Source: Eledone cirrhosa | Lineage: Eukaryota | NCBI GenBank assembly: GCA_964016885.1 | Contig: OZ024748.1 | Location: 34,534,001-34,598,000 of the forward strand | DNA length: 64,000 bases | Reading direction: 5' to 3' | Part shown: positions 13,127 through 29,355 of the stretch, piece after piece | How the letters are laid out: each line of letters opens with the position of its first letter | Position numbering within the stretch: position 1 is the stretch's first letter | Made by a program: the position numbers and the translations under genes | The notes under the pieces: model-generated | Seen by the model: only the letters and a program-made list of their open reading frames with translations | The model's database searches: none | What the model was told of the DNA's origin: nothing

Positions 13127-16100
13127 GGGAGGATCATATTTGTGTAATAATATTGCCAGAATTAATAACAGAACACACTCACTGTTTGGTTGGTTTTCGC
13201 TTTCTTTATATCAGTTAATTTAATTTATTCGGTCCTCGACGTTACTATTGACTGACCAACGGTCAAAGATACAGATATAATATAGACACAAACACATATA
13301 TATAGTCTAACAAAGTTCTTTAGTTGTACATCTGCATCATCGTCAGTGGTGCTATTATGTTTCCTCCTGTTGTATTGTATGCCTACGCCATCTTTATTTA
13401 GTCTGTTTATTTATTTATTTATTTATTTTTGTCTTCTTCTCTGCGCATGCGTTTGCGTGTGTGTATAGTGTTTGATGTGTGTTCGTGTTTGGTGACTGTG
13501 TATTGGTTATTGTATTATATCTTAGTTTACTAGTGTGTGTTTATATGTGTTTGTTGTTATTGTGCTTGTGTATGTATTTATTTATGTATTTATACTTCTC
13601 TTAAGTCAGTATTGTTTGTTTGGGTGTTGTTGTTATTCCATTCATTCTTTCTGTTTAGCCTTGGCCTTCTAAGTTCTATTTCGCTGGCCTCTCTGATTTG
13701 CCTATCTGGTGGGTCATTTCTATGTTTAGATATTATTGTAAGTTCTATGTTGTCTATGTTACCGTCATGTTGTTGTCTGGCATGTTCGTATAGTACTAAA
13801 CCGTTTTTTCGTCCTTTTAGTTCCCCCAGTGTTGGTCTATCCTTTCACCTATGCTACGAGCTGTCTCGCCTATGTATGTTGTTGTCATGTTCCTACAAGT
13901 ACTCTCTGTACATCTTATGCTATAGACTACGTTTCTAGTTTTACAGCTTATCCGAGGGTTTACTTTACATATAATACATTTCCTATTAGTACAGTGGGTT
14001 TTCTTAAAAGGGTAGGTTTTGCTGAGCAGGGATTTTATGGTGGTTACTGGCTTTTCTACCACCTTAATCTTTAAGTGGGTCTTTCTCAATGGTTAGCTAC
14101 ACAAACATGACACTCTGGTATCTCTGGTTGTCGTACCATGAGGTGGCTTTCCCTATCTTATGTCTAGTCCTATCTAAGCTATTCCATGATTTTCTCCTGT
14201 ATAATGGGCAAATTCCTTTCATATTCAGTTCTATGAGGGTCTTATACTTCTCCGTGACTCTTTCGTATACTCTGATTCTGTCTCTTTGGTTGTAGCCAGA
14301 GAACTGCATGCGGTTGATGAAGTGTTGGATGTATCTTTCCATTTCTGTTGGGTCGCACATGCGGGACACGTTCTTCATCACTCGTACCATGTCTGCGATC
14401 AGAATATTAAACTTAGCACTATTGGACATTGCTGAGTGTTTGAGTATCAGGTATTTGGAGGCCATGGGTTTAGCGTAGTGTGAGTGGAGAATTTTGGCTC
14501 TCTCGTCTATAGTGTTAATCCAGAGTTCTGTGTCTTATCAGACTCAGACTCAGAAGCTCCTGCGTCTTGCGACGTATGAGGCAATCATAGTGTTCCATCG
14601 CGTTCGGTCAGCAGCCAGTTGCACAGCGTCCCGCCATTGTCTGTTTGTCGCTCGCAGGTCCCTCTCAACTGTCTGGCGCCAGTTCATTTTGGGTCGCCCT
14701 CTTCGTCTGCTTCCCTGCGGGCTCCATTTAAGTACTTGGTTCGCCAGTCTTTCCGGGGGAAGTCTCAAAGCGTGCCCAAACCAGCCCAGGCGTCGCTTGC
14801 AAATGGTAGAAGAGACTAGTTGCTGGTTGGTGCGGTTCCTGACTTTCTGGTTTGTTACATGGTCACTTCATTTAATCCCCAGGATCTTTCGCAGACATCT
14901 GGAATCGAATGCGTCCAACTTCTTCCCTTGGCCCCTCTTAAGGTGCCATGTTTCACATGTCTAATACAGGTAGTCTATTGTTAGGGTGTTTGGAAGGGTA
15001 GTCGATAGTTACAGTTATACTCTGGTGTATGGAATTAGCTATCTGCTGGATGCTTTCCATTGTGCTACGTCCTAAATCAAACTTGTTAGTACTCTCTTGT
15101 GGGGATGTCCTTATTATTATATTGATGTCGTCTACGTAACGAGAGTACATGATGAGGTCTATCGAGCTCTCATCATGAGATCTTTGAGTCTCCTTTCCCA
15201 CCATACCATAAAAAGGTTGACAACGTCACCAGCTATGCTGACGCCAACGGCTGATCCCACATTTCGGGTGTAGATCTTCTCGTTGAATTTGAATATGTGG
15301 CCCTTTAGGGTAGTTTTGATACTAGCCCCTATTGCATGTGCGACCATTTTTCTTACCTGATCATTGTTTTGGGGGATCCGTATAGCTTTGGTCCACCCAA
15401 TCCACCTTCCCATGGGAGTCTTTTTTACCATTGAGGTTATGGTGGGGGTCTACCTCTTATGGGTCTACTGGGGCAGAAACGTCTAAGGTCATGGCTGTCT
15501 AGGTAGTCAGTGTCATAGTTAAGTCTAAGTAGGAGGCCCAGTTCGTCTGTGTCGGCGTCGCAAAACTCCACCTCACTCTCAATGATCATCTCCACACATT
15601 TTTCCACAGCAAAATCAATGTTAATGGATGGGTACAGTGGTACCGCATCCATACTGCCTATTATGCAGTTGGATAGGGTTTTGTTTTTGTTGCACTCACT
15701 GATTCTGCTGAGGAGGTCCTCTGTACTGTCACATACATCTGGGTACATCTTGATTATGGGGTGTATAACCATTGAGAGGAAGTAGGAGATCCTGTAGTTG
15801 CTAGCTACATTGGCTCCGCATACAGGTCTTGTTGGTGGTCATGTTGTCGGGTCGTCGGCTGTCTTATGGAGCCCATACAAGGGTGGTATGCCATTGTTAG
15901 ACGCCTGGAAGTTGTTGGCAGTGCGTCTGCTTGGCTTTACGATGTCGGTCAACATCATCATGTGAGCGTTGAGGATTTTCTCTCTCCTCTCATGTATTTG
16001 CTGTGCAATTTGGCCCGTGTTGGTGATGTGGGGTTGCATAGCCTTGATGTGGTTCGGCATGCTGTCTATTGACATCCTACCAGACTTATCCGTGGGTAGA

Positions 16101-16180
16101 CATACTACCTCACCATCCCTTGTGCGCTGTTTGAGGCTAACCAAGCCTTCTACAGGTTTCCTCCCAAGTTGTTGGACCTC
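13123..16180 (-). mobile_element. PLE family A, longest copy, multiply frameshifted
   Basis: Collinear fragments PTDKSG, PPLYGLHK, GSMDAVPLYPSI, YSRYVDD, VVYSIRC...YIGET; 3' repeat 13123-13560. Confidence 0.92.
14536..14957 (-). mobile_element. 5'-truncated RTE-like LINE 3' end inserted into the PLE
   Basis: ORF 14550-14768 (W.PQG.RRRGRPK..W, AADRTRW); (ctgagt)n tail; tgtct at both flanks; PLE sequence resumes across the insert. Confidence 0.85.
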
Positions 16181-16415
16181 TCTCTATATATATATATTGG
16201 ACCTATATATATCTAATGTATATAATGTTATTTTCGCTGTCACATTGCCCTTACAGAAAAATATTGAAGCTGTTGTTTGTAAAATGTGTGTGTGTTTCAA
16301 TGTGTGTGTCTGTGTGTATCTATCTATATTTGTAATTATTAAATTGAGGAAATAAACCTTTTTCCTTTTGCATTTTCCTCTACCTATTATTTGTAATATT
16401 ATTGAATTTTCAATA

Positions 16416-16417
<2 letters not shown>

Positions 16418-16506
<89 letters not shown>

Positions 16507-17490
16507 GGTGGAGGTGGTGGGAATGGTGATGAATAGATGGAGGAGGAGGTGGTGGGAGTGGTGGTGATGGTGGTGGTAGTGATGGAGGTGGTGGGGGTGG
16601 GGGTAGTGATGGAGGTGGTGGTGGTGGTGGTGGAAGTGGAGGTTGGGGTGTTATTGGTGGTGGTGGTGGTGGTGGTGGAAGTGGAGGTTGGGGTGTTATT
16701 GGTGGTGGTGGTGGAAGTGGAGGTGGAGGTGGTGGTGGTGGTGGTGGGGTTTATCTATAATCAAATAATCCATATTTCCAAACTAAAAAACCTAGTAAAA
16801 ACCCCTTAACAATACAAATAAATTAATGTGAAGTAATAACTGTGATTTATTTTAATTTCGTCCATCAAAGTTTTATTGGGAATTTTTAGCTGGGATTTTA
16901 CAGTCTGTTGTCTATTTTTGTTTCCTGATATGGTGAAGTACTTAACAACAGTAACAACAACAGTAATAACAACAGTAATAATAACAGTAATAACAATAAC
17001 AAGAGTAACAACAACAGTAATAACAATAACAGGTGGTGGTGTTGGTGGTGGCAGTAGTGGTGGTGGTGTAGTGGTTGTGGTGGTGGGGGTGCTGCTGCTG
17101 CTGCTGCTGGTTTTGGTGGTGGTGGTAGTGGTATAGTGGGAGTGGTGGTGGTGGTGGTGTTGGAAGTGGTGTAGTGGGTGTGGTGGTGGTGGTGGTGGTG
17201 GGAGTGGTGGTAGGAGTGGCGGTGTAGTGGTGGTGGTGGTGGTGGTGGGAGTGGTGTAGTGGTGGTGGTGGTGGTGGTGGTGGTGGTGGGAGTGGTGTAG
17301 TGGGTGTGGTGGTGGTGGTGGTGGGAGTGGTGGTAGGAGTGGTGGTGTAGTGGTGGTGGTGGTGGTGGTTCAGTTACTGCTGTTGGTGTTGTTGGTGCTG
17401 TCATTGCTGCTGCTGGTGTTGTTGATGCCGCTGTTGTTGCTGTTGTTGCTGAGGTTGTTGTTGTTGGTGGTGGTATTGTTGTTGTCATTT
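16418..17490. repeat. (GTA)n followed by degenerate (GGT)n, (AAC)n and (GTT)n trinucleotide field
   Basis: Direct inspection. Confidence 0.95.
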
Positions 17491-19087
17491 GTTATTGTTT
17501 TATTTTTTTACTTTGGCTGTTCCATTTTGTGGACACTGCGGGGGACTTCTTGTCGTTGGACATGTCTATTTTTTAATAATGGTAATATTTGTGAAAAGAA
17601 ACACGAGATGTTAGGGTAAGGGGCCACAGATTAGGGAAACCAACCATCTCCCTAAGAAGATGTTTAGTTTAGCCACAAAACAATATATCATGTTCAGAAA
17701 TACGTTAACTTACTTCATCGATTAGCAGGGGTGGTGGAAGCATTTGGTGGGGCCAAATTTGGGCAATTTAGTTGTTGTGATTAGTATAGCTCTAAAATGG
17801 TCAGAAAACTTCGATATGCGATAAAAATAACATGTACATAAATTGTAGCGTATATCCAGATAGACGTGTGTTTTGGTAGTTTGGGGAGAAAAATATAATT
17901 AGTGTGGGGGGTGGGGGGCATGCCATCCCAGTTCCATAGCCCTTGTATATATATATAATGTAAAACAAATAATGATCTGTACCCTTTCCTAAGGGGTTGA
18001 TATATCCAGCTTCTTCGCATTTGGTAATAAACTGGTATTATCCCCAATTTATTCATCTCTCTCTCTATATATATATATATATCAAGTAACACCAAACTTT
18101 CCCCCTCTCTATATCTACTATATGGAACTCTCTTCCAATACCCCTCGCTATATCTATCAATACCTACCTCTGTCCTCTCCCCCTCTATATATCTAATACA
18201 CGGAACTTTCTTCAAATCCCTCTCTCTATATCAATAAACATCAATCTCTCCCCTCTCTATATCTGATATACAATACACTCTCCCAACCTTCTCTATATTA
18301 ATTACCACCAAACTCTCCCCCTCTCTATATCTATCTCTCCCATCTATCTCTACATAACATGTACATGAGTTGTAACGCATATACAAATAGATGTCTGTTT
18401 TGATAATTTGGGGAGAGAAATATAATATGGGGGTGGGGAGGCATGGCCCTCGGGCCCTCCCAGTTCCACCGCCGCTGATATGTACCACATCTAAGGAGAC
18501 TCAACAACAATAGCAACAATAATAACATTTTCTAATTTAAGCACAAGGCTGGTACTTCAGCCGGGATAATAACAGAAACAATGACAATAACAACTACAGC
18601 AACTATAATTACTACCACTACTACTACTGCTGCTGCTACTACTACTACCACGCAACCACCAGCACCACCACTACTACTACAGCAACAATCAGATAACAAT
18701 AGATCAGCATACCTCACACAACATATCTGTCTCTCTGTTTATGAGAACTTGTATGTAATATCGTTTTATAAGACCTCTTATTTCTCAGCTACTAACAATA
18801 ATACAACATATTGTAATATCATCTTAATCTCATTGCTTTTTACAATGTAGCGCTTGTGTATATGGATATGTGTGCATACATACGTGTGTACACGTGTGGG
18901 AATATGCGTGTGTAAATATGACCGTCAGTTTATATACATGTGTGTGTGTTTGAGTAAATGTGTGTGTGGGCGGTTGAGTTTAAGTCGTGTGGTTATAATT
19001 TACAATAATTTCTAATAAAATCATCCAAAGTAGAAGATATCTTGATGATAGGACTTCCGATATCTTCACATTTAATGAATATGTATG

Positions 19088-19770
<683 letters not shown>

Positions 19771-19823
19771 GAGATTGTGTATATGAATGTGTATAGTTAC
19801 TTTATATATGTATATATCTTTAT

Positions 19824-20003
19824 AATTGTTTCTACTTTTGGCACAAGGCCAGCAATTACTCAGTACATTACTGGTACTTTATTTTATCGACCCCCGTAAG
19901 GATGAAAGGCAAAGTTAACCTCGGCGGGATTTGAACTCAGACTGTAAAGGGACGTAACTATGCTAGAAAGCATGGCATCCAACCCTCTACCGATACTGCC
20001 AAT
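19824..20003 (-). mobile_element. SINE family 1 copy
   Basis: Matches 1783-1969. Confidence 0.85.
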
Positions 20004-20329
20004 TTATAATAGGTGTTTGTAAGCACATGTATGTATGTACACAACATTATATGTACGTCAAAGTGGATATCTGTGTGAATAAACACACACAAGCACACAC
20101 ACACACACTCATATATATATATATATACAGACCATATTATATATATATACATTTATATAATGTTCTAGTGACTTTTAGGTCATGTATATAAGTATTTATT
20201 ACGCTAACCGATACAATTGGCCAGGTACACGGGATTCATGGGTATCAATTCATCGCTCCAGCCATTTTGGAAAGGTTGACATCCTTATGTTCTATTATAT
20301 ATCTTATTTTAAAATATTGTCCAAATGAT

Positions 20330-20840
20330 ATTTCCTGGGAAAGAAAAGGTTTCTTCTCTGTTAGAATATGCTCAAACACTGTCGAACAAGACTGTATTTG
20401 TGAGAGAATTCGATAAAAAAAGCATCAACAGCAATATGGATGTGGACATTGCGCAAAAAGCTGAAAGAGGAAAGTTGTCTGTGTAGAGGAAAAGAATCTG
20501 GACAACAACCAGCATAGGAAAAGATGGTCGAGCGTGTTCACAAAAAACTTTTACGAAACCCCAGGAAGTCTAAACCAATATTATTCCAACGACATTTTGG
20601 CGTTTCCTGAGGAAACGTTTACAAAAGAAAACCTACAGGCTGCAACTCGTTCAGACTATAAACCTATGTGAAGGGATTGGTCCTTGCATCCCACCCCTCT
20701 TCCTCAAACATAGAGGAACTCAAGCAGAGGATCACTGCCGTACTGAACAATATCACACAAAACAATGTATTTAATAGGGGCTGAGCTACTGACTTGACAT
20801 GAATCTCAGACAACGCACATATTCAACATTTCTGAAATCG
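20330..20840 (+). pseudogene. Degenerate, internally deleted Tc1/mariner-like transposase
   Basis: N-terminal LEYAQT.SNKTV.VREF helix-turn-helix-like segment and C-terminal PPLPQNIEELKQRITAVLNNIT; catalytic middle absent. Confidence 0.55.
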
Positions 20841-21106
20841 TCTATGGAATCTATCTTTTGAATATTTCATTCAAATTTTAAGAAATAAATCTTATGTTGT
20901 TCAACCTTAAGCCTGTTCAGTCTCGTTACCCGAGACTATATGGTTTCTGTGATAGTTATATCTCAAATAATTGTTTCTACTTTTGGCACAAGGCCAGCAA
21001 TTATCCCAGTGTATTATATAGTTACATCTCAAATATTAACAAAATATTATATTTCTAAATATTAATTTCATCTTTCTGTAAGCATTATTTATTCTGGACG
21101 TGAAAG

Positions 21107-21285
21107 GGCGGTGAATTGGCAGTATCGATAGAGGGTCGGATAATGCTTTCCAGCATAGTTACGTCCCTTTACGATCTGAGTTCAAATCCGGCCGAGGTTA
21201 ACTTTGCCTTTCATCCTTACGGGGTCGATAAAATAAAGTACCAGTAATATACTGGGTAATTGCTGGCCTTGTGCCTAAAATAGAA
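21107..21285 (+). mobile_element. SINE family 1 copy
   Basis: ggcggtgaattggcagtatc...gagttcaaatcc...ctttcatccttacggggtcgataaaataaagtacc. Confidence 0.88.
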
Positions 21286-21352
21286 AAAAAAATTATTTGT
21301 TCTGGACGTGTGTGGACAATCTTTCTCTCTCAATGTATGTATATATATATAT

Positions 21353-21383
<31 letters not shown>

Positions 21384-22924
21384 AATGATATCCAGAAAAT
21401 CTTTCGAGTGCTTCGAATCTGTTATAAATATATATATTTGTTGAATTACCAACAAATTAAATATCCCTTTGCTTATATATATATATATATATCATTTTAT
21501 ATGTATTCAATATATTTATGTATGTTTGTATGCATTGTTTTATGTTTTTGTGCCTTGTATAAACATTTCTATTTATTAATGGATGTTATACATACGTCAA
21601 TAGGAAAAGTTATGATGGATGCGACTGTAGTGAAGGTGGTGGTATTAGTAGTAGTGGTGATGTTAGTATGTACGTTTTTGTGTATATGTTTGAATGAGTG
21701 TATTTTTGTGTGTGCGTTTCTTTATATATGTGTATGTGTGTAACTGTATATGTGTATAAATATATATGTTTGTGTGTGTCTTCTGGACGAAGGTTTCATT
21801 TTGGTTTCCGAGATGCCGTGTTCCAGTGTATAAGCAAGAAATTAGTAACACGGACAACCAATCAACTTTTGGCTAATAATAACTTTGCTTTCTAGTTAAG
21901 TCTGTCACACCACGCAACGATCTAGATCAATAACTTACGTCAATGAAGGAAATGATCGCAGTGTCAACAAGGTTTAGTAAATATGTTGACCGACTCATAA
22001 CCGAAGAATGCGAGTTCAATTCTGACTTACGGCAGAAAAGATAACATCGCTTTGGTTAATTTTTCTTTCTAAATTTCTGGAAAATATTATTTTCCAAAAA
22101 TAACGTCGAAGGAGGCAAATACGAAACTTGTATTTCTAAATTTTCGAAAGATCGATAATAGACGGCTAAAATTTTACATTAATTTCTTTAATTTTCATTT
22201 CTTAATTTCCAGAATTTTCCAAAAGAATGACGGAGGATGTAAATCCGAAAATACTAGATGGCAAGAATTTGATAAGGTTTCAACTGAGTTTTCTTTCTAA
22301 ATTCCTAGGAAAAAATATTTTTCAGAAAAAATACGGAAAACAAAATTACGAAACTAACAGACGGCTGGATTTTCTTTCTTTGTCGATAACATTTCATAAT
22401 TGTTTCTACATATGGCACAAAGCCAGCAATGTAGCATTTCACAATGAAGCGGACTTCTTAACCACTCAGCTATTTATATCTATTTTACGATCAATTCCAT
22501 CTCCAATTGTCAACGAATGTTATATTAGGGGTAAGGTATATTATCACAGAATGAATTCGAACTAGAGACCTTTATTTCCCAATGAACGAAGCTAATCTCC
22601 AGTGGCACATCTATTTATTATTACTCTTACTTTAGAAATATAATTTTCTTGTTCAAATCCAGTTTGCAACCATTAACATATCAAAGAATAAGACACGTGA
22701 TCTGAGATGAAACTGATCAAAATGTAATATAACCATAATATGCTGTAAATATACCCTTTAAAGATGAGATTAATGATCCGTGAAATTATATACTTATAAA
22801 CTTATTAACAAACATACATCTCAAACATTTCAGACATTTAATCTATCTAGCTTGTCATGTGCTTGTTGAACTACAGATTAAAATAAAAACATTGTTACCC
22901 GATAAACAAAAATACAGCGTATAA

Positions 22925-23067
22925 GGTGCAGGTATGTCTATGCGGTTAAGGAAATGTTTCAGGTTCAATACCACTGCGTCACACTTTGGGCAAGTGTATT
23001 TTACTATAACCTTCCATTAATAAATGGTTGGTGAACGAAATTTTGTAAATGAAAAGTATGCAGAATC

Positions 23068-23072
<5 letters not shown>
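22925..23072 (+). mobile_element. tRNA-derived SINE family 2, decayed
   Basis: ggttcaataccactgcg B-box-like segment and tttgggcaagtgt body; homologous to 29190-29355. Confidence 0.6.
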
Positions 23073-23108
<36 letters not shown>

Positions 23109-23955
23109 GTGAGGGTTTTTTACAAAATGAAAAATAACCGAGGTGTCCTACACGAGTGAAAGTATTAAAAAAAAAAGATGAAATCGAAAATGCAACTGGA
23201 GTCTTATTTAAAAAAATATATATATATTTATTTGGTTCCTTTACCGGTTTCGCAGTTCTTCTACTTTTCAAAAGTAGAGTTGAGATGGAGAGTCTGTGGT
23301 TTTTCTCACATCTCTTTTATATATATATATACGGCGTAACAAATAATTGTTATATGCAGTCCACTTAGGTGTAGTCCAGTTATGGTACTCCGGGTAGTGG
23401 AAGATATCAACGCTTGGCTAAGTTTGACTCAACAAGGCGTTTCCATAGTGATGCTGCGAGTACGGTGTAATTCTTATGTTGTAAACACTTGGAGTAATAC
23501 AATATAGCTTCTGTTACTTGTGAACTAACTTTCAGTGAGTGCTGTGTTGGTACATTCTTATATTTGTTTTATTATATTTGTTTTTTTCTCGGACATCGCT
23601 TCGGTGTGTGTGAAAGTGTGTGTGTACCCACCCACGCTAATTCTACGGGTTTAATACTGTGTTGATGTGTGTCTATATCTGTATATATTTTTCTTTGACC
23701 TCGAGCCGATGTATATGGGTGTGGAGTGTGTGTGTACCCACTCACTTTTAACTGTGACTGACTGTATCCCTACAGATTTGATTGATGTCCAGCGTCTTTT
23801 GCAGCGATAGAAATCTGAAAACTTTTATGACCTCAACTAAAGCTAATAGCAGTCGCCATGTCTCTGACAGAGTGGTGTGTCTCCATATGAGGGAATGGAT
23901 TCTGTGAGAGAACATCGTTATTTTTTCTCCCTCATATCAAGAATTTGAAGACAAT

Positions 23956-24043
23956 TCATTTTCACCTGATGAGATCAGTGATAATCGATCATGGCTTCAC
24001 AATCGATCTATCTCTTATTGAAACATGTGTCGTGATTAAATGA
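23956..24043 (+). ncRNA. Type I HHR motif with extended stem II (left palindrome arm)
   Basis: tcatttt-cac CTGATGA (23966) ... GAAAC ATGT GTC gtga-tt-aaatga; ACATGT palindrome in stem III. Confidence 0.65.
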
Positions 24044-24218
24044 TTGGAATTTTACCTTGCCTTCGGATTTTCATTTTGATACTTATACTCCGTTTTACAT
24101 CATCTAGCTGTTCCCTCGAATGGAATTGAAGATTTACAAAAGCATGGAGAACTTAATATTGCTAACATAAAGTTATTGGACCATTTGACACAACCAATAA
24201 TGCACCTTACTATATAAC

Positions 24219-24289
<71 letters not shown>

Positions 24290-25163
24290 CAAATAACGAA
24301 ACGAAATTAAATTTCGTTTCGTTTGTAACTCACTTTTGTATGACTGACGCTTAAACAATTAAGTTAAAAATGTACATCTACATATGCATACTGAAATACT
24401 AGTGTGTATATGAATACACACACATATACATATGTAGGTGTACCAAGTCTTTCACTGGTCGCTTTACAGTGAGCGGCCAGCTATTCTGTATGTAAACACA
24501 CAGACAAACCGGTTTTTAGAGTCATACTGGTTTTTCGGGGGAACACCTTCCCCCTATTTTCCAGAAAGCCAGACAAGGAATATTGAACTAGTTTCGTTGT
24601 TGTTACAACTCATCAGCAATATTTACCTATCTACCGGCCTTTCTGGAGAATTGTAAAAGCACATATCGTTATATGCTTTTTCTATGAAAATTAGTAGTGG
24701 GCAGACTAATTTGCATAGAGTGTGAGTACGCACTCTATGCAAATTAGTCTGCCCACTACTAATTTTCATAGAAAAAGCATATAACGATATGTGCTTTTAC
24801 AATTCTCCAGAAAGGCCGGTAGATAGGTAAATATTGCTGATGAGTTGTAACAACAACGAAACTAGTTCAATATTCCTTGTCTGGCTTTCTGGAGAATAGG
24901 GGGAAGGTGTTCCCCCGAAAAACCAGTATGACTCTAAAAACCGGTTTGTCTGTGTGTTTACATACAGAATAGCTGGCCGCTCACTGTAAAGCGACCAGTG
25001 AAAGACTTGGTACACCTACATATGTATATGTGTGTGTATTCATATACACACTAGTATTTCAGTATGCATATGTAGATGTACATTTTTAACTTAATTGTTT
25101 AAGCGTCAGTCATACAAAAGTGAGTTACAAACGAAACGAAATTTAATTTCGTTTCGTTATTTG

Positions 25164-25252
<89 letters not shown>

Positions 25253-25427
25253 GTTATATAGTAAGGTGCATTATTGGTTGTGTCAAATGGTCCAATAACT
25301 TTATGTTAGCAATATTAAGTTCTCCATGCTTTTGTAAATCTTCAATTCCATTCGAGGGAACAGCTAGATGATGTAAAACGGAGTATAAGTATCAAAATGA
25401 AAATCCGAAGGCAAGGTAAAATTCCAA

Positions 25428-25515
25428 TCATTTAATCACGATACATGTTTCAATAAGAGATAGATCGATTGTGAAGCCATGATCGATTATCACTGATCTC
25501 ATCAGGTGAAAATGA
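25428..25515 (-). ncRNA. Mirror HHR motif (right arm) with GTC changed to ATC
   Basis: Reverse complement reads CTGATGA...GAAAC ATGT ATC gtga. Confidence 0.55.
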
Positions 25516-26283
25516 ATTGTCTTCAAATTCTTGATATGAGGGAGAAAAAATAACGATGTTCTCTCACAGAATTCATTCCCTCATATGGAGACACACCACT
25601 CAGTCAGAGACATGTCGACTGCTATTAGCTTTAGTTGAGGTCATAAAAGTTTTCAGATTTCTATCGCTGCAAAAGACGCTGGACATCAATCAAATCTGTA
25701 GGGATACAGTCAGTCACAGTTAAAAGTGAGTGGGTACACACACACTCCACACCATATACATCGGCTCGAGGTCAAAGAAAAATATATACAGATATAGACA
25801 CACATCAACACAGTATTAAACCCGTAGAATTAGCGTGGGTGGGTACACACACACTTTCACACACACCGAAGCGATGTCCGAGAAAAAAACAAATATAATA
25901 AAACAAATATAAGAATGTACCAACACAGCACTCACTGAAAGTTAGTTCACAAGTAACAGAAGCTATATTGGTCAAATCTCAATTTGACGATGTAAATAAA
26001 CACGCGCGTGCGCGCAAGTAAGTTCAGTTCAGTGTTCTGCTATACGTGTATAGATCGAATTGTAACATCCATATCTTCAAGTGTGTGTTATGGTATATAC
26101 ACATCCGAATCGTCCAAAAAATAGGGGTGGGGGTATGTCCGGGTATATACACATCCATGTGAAGAGCAAGCAATCAGCTCATGTCGAACTCCCTGTGTAC
26201 CGCTGTCCCATTGAGAATCCGTGTCACCAAACCCGTGCGTGCAAGCAACTGCAATGTGGGCCGGCAAAGGGCTCCGTATAGGG

Positions 26284-27801
<1,518 letters not shown>

Positions 27802-28345
27802 TAGTCGGCGACTAAACCAGCAACAGCACCAAGTTTACTTGGTAGGGAAGGTGATTGCAGGACTAAAATTAAAACCTGACAAAGGGCGGAAGAACTCATA
27901 AGAGTCAACAGCCATCCAGAAATGTGTAAATATGTATATACATGTATGCATGTGTATATATGTATATATCTATATACATCTATATACATGTGTATGTACA
28001 TGCGCGGGGACATAGAAATAATCGGGCTGGATACCCAATTGTGCGGTTAAACCACTGGGAGTGAAGGACCTCTAGCCTTTGTCAAGGCATTCTTCTAGGA
28101 GAAGGCAACTCAGGAAACTGGGATAACTCCGACATAAAACCTATGGCTCAGTCGTTACCGATGATGTTGATCTTTACTTCTTTTCGATTTATAGCCACTG
28201 TCGCTCAGAGAGTGGGATTGGCTCAGTGCACAGTCTTTCTTCACTTTAAAAAACATCTTCACGCACAGGCATTGCACGGTAGCATTAATTAATAATTATT
28301 AATAATGTTATATCGTGCAATGGCCATACACGATAACGAGGGGCC
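27802..28345 (+). mobile_element. Second copy of the RTE-type 5' region repeat
   Basis: Reverse complement of about 19140-19600. Confidence 0.6.
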
Positions 28346-29008
28346 AGCCATCATGTATGTATGTATGTACGTACGTATATATCTATGTGTGTGTGTGTGT
28401 GTTTGTATGAGTCTTTATGTTTCGTGTTTGTATGTTTGTATGAGTCTTTATGGGGTCGACAAGAAGAGATCGATAAAATAAGTACAATATTTGAACAAAA
28501 AATGCTGGAGTAAATTATGTCCTTTCAAGGCAGTGCCCCAGCATGGCCATGGTGTAATGACTGCAGCCAGATTTAAAAAATATAGTTACGAAGCAACACA
28601 TTTTCTAATATCGAGTAGTGTAAAATATATTCAACTACTAATGACAACAGATATATCTAAAGGAATATCTTCGCACATATAACTATAGAAAAATGTGATA
28701 TGATTAAGATATCGGGTTATAATATATATAATAGTTAATAGTGTAAAATATATTTAGATATTGGTTATACAACGAGATATACATTCAGATATACATAGAT
28801 AGATATCTAGATATCTATCTACACTTTAAAGAAATTTCTTCACCCAGAAATGCAATTATATTAAGATAATGGAAGCTATAATACTTAGTGGCGTAACAAA
28901 TTCAAGTGCTGACTCCATACACACACACACTCACACACATACTCACACACACTCACACACATACACACACACACATACACACACACACATACACACACAC
29001 ACATACAG

Positions 29009-29097
<89 letters not shown>

Positions 29098-29189
29098 CAT
29101 ACATACTATGCGTGTGTGTGTATTATATTGTACGCACACATACAGAATCAGAACATACATATGTATATACACACACACATATATATACA

Positions 29190-29355
29190 CGACGGATTTC
29201 TACAGTTCTCGTCAACCAAATTTCAAACCTAAAAGCATTGGTCAGGTCGTCCCGAGGCTATTGTAGAATACATTATTTCAAGGCATCATGCAGTGGGATT
29301 GAACCCGAAACCACATGGTTACGAAGCGAACTCTTTAACCACAGAGTCACACTCG
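29190..29355 (-). mobile_element. tRNA-derived SINE family 2
   Basis: Minus strand tgtggttaaagagttcgcttcgtaaccatgtggtttcgggttcaatcccactgc forms a tRNA-like head. Confidence 0.7.

Larger units (their letters stand above)
23500..25970. repeat. About 2.47-kb near-perfect palindrome with arms of about 1.23 kb
   Basis: caatatagcttctg... at 23500 mirrors ...cagaagctatattg at 25970; axis gagtg-tgagtacg-cactc at about 24727; mirrored ORFs 24438+ and 25015-. Confidence 0.97.

Noticed and set aside
17726-18477. hAT-like MITE (caggggtggtggaa / ttccaccgccgctg ends)
   Set aside because: Imperfect TIRs and no 8-bp TSD; cannot be supported
21107-21195. tRNA genes at SINE heads
   Set aside because: A and B boxes only, no cloverleaf; part of multi-copy SINEs
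24438-25015. Twin 72-aa ORFs in the palindrome
   Set aside because: GTG start and no recognisable motif; the duplication is explained by the palindrome
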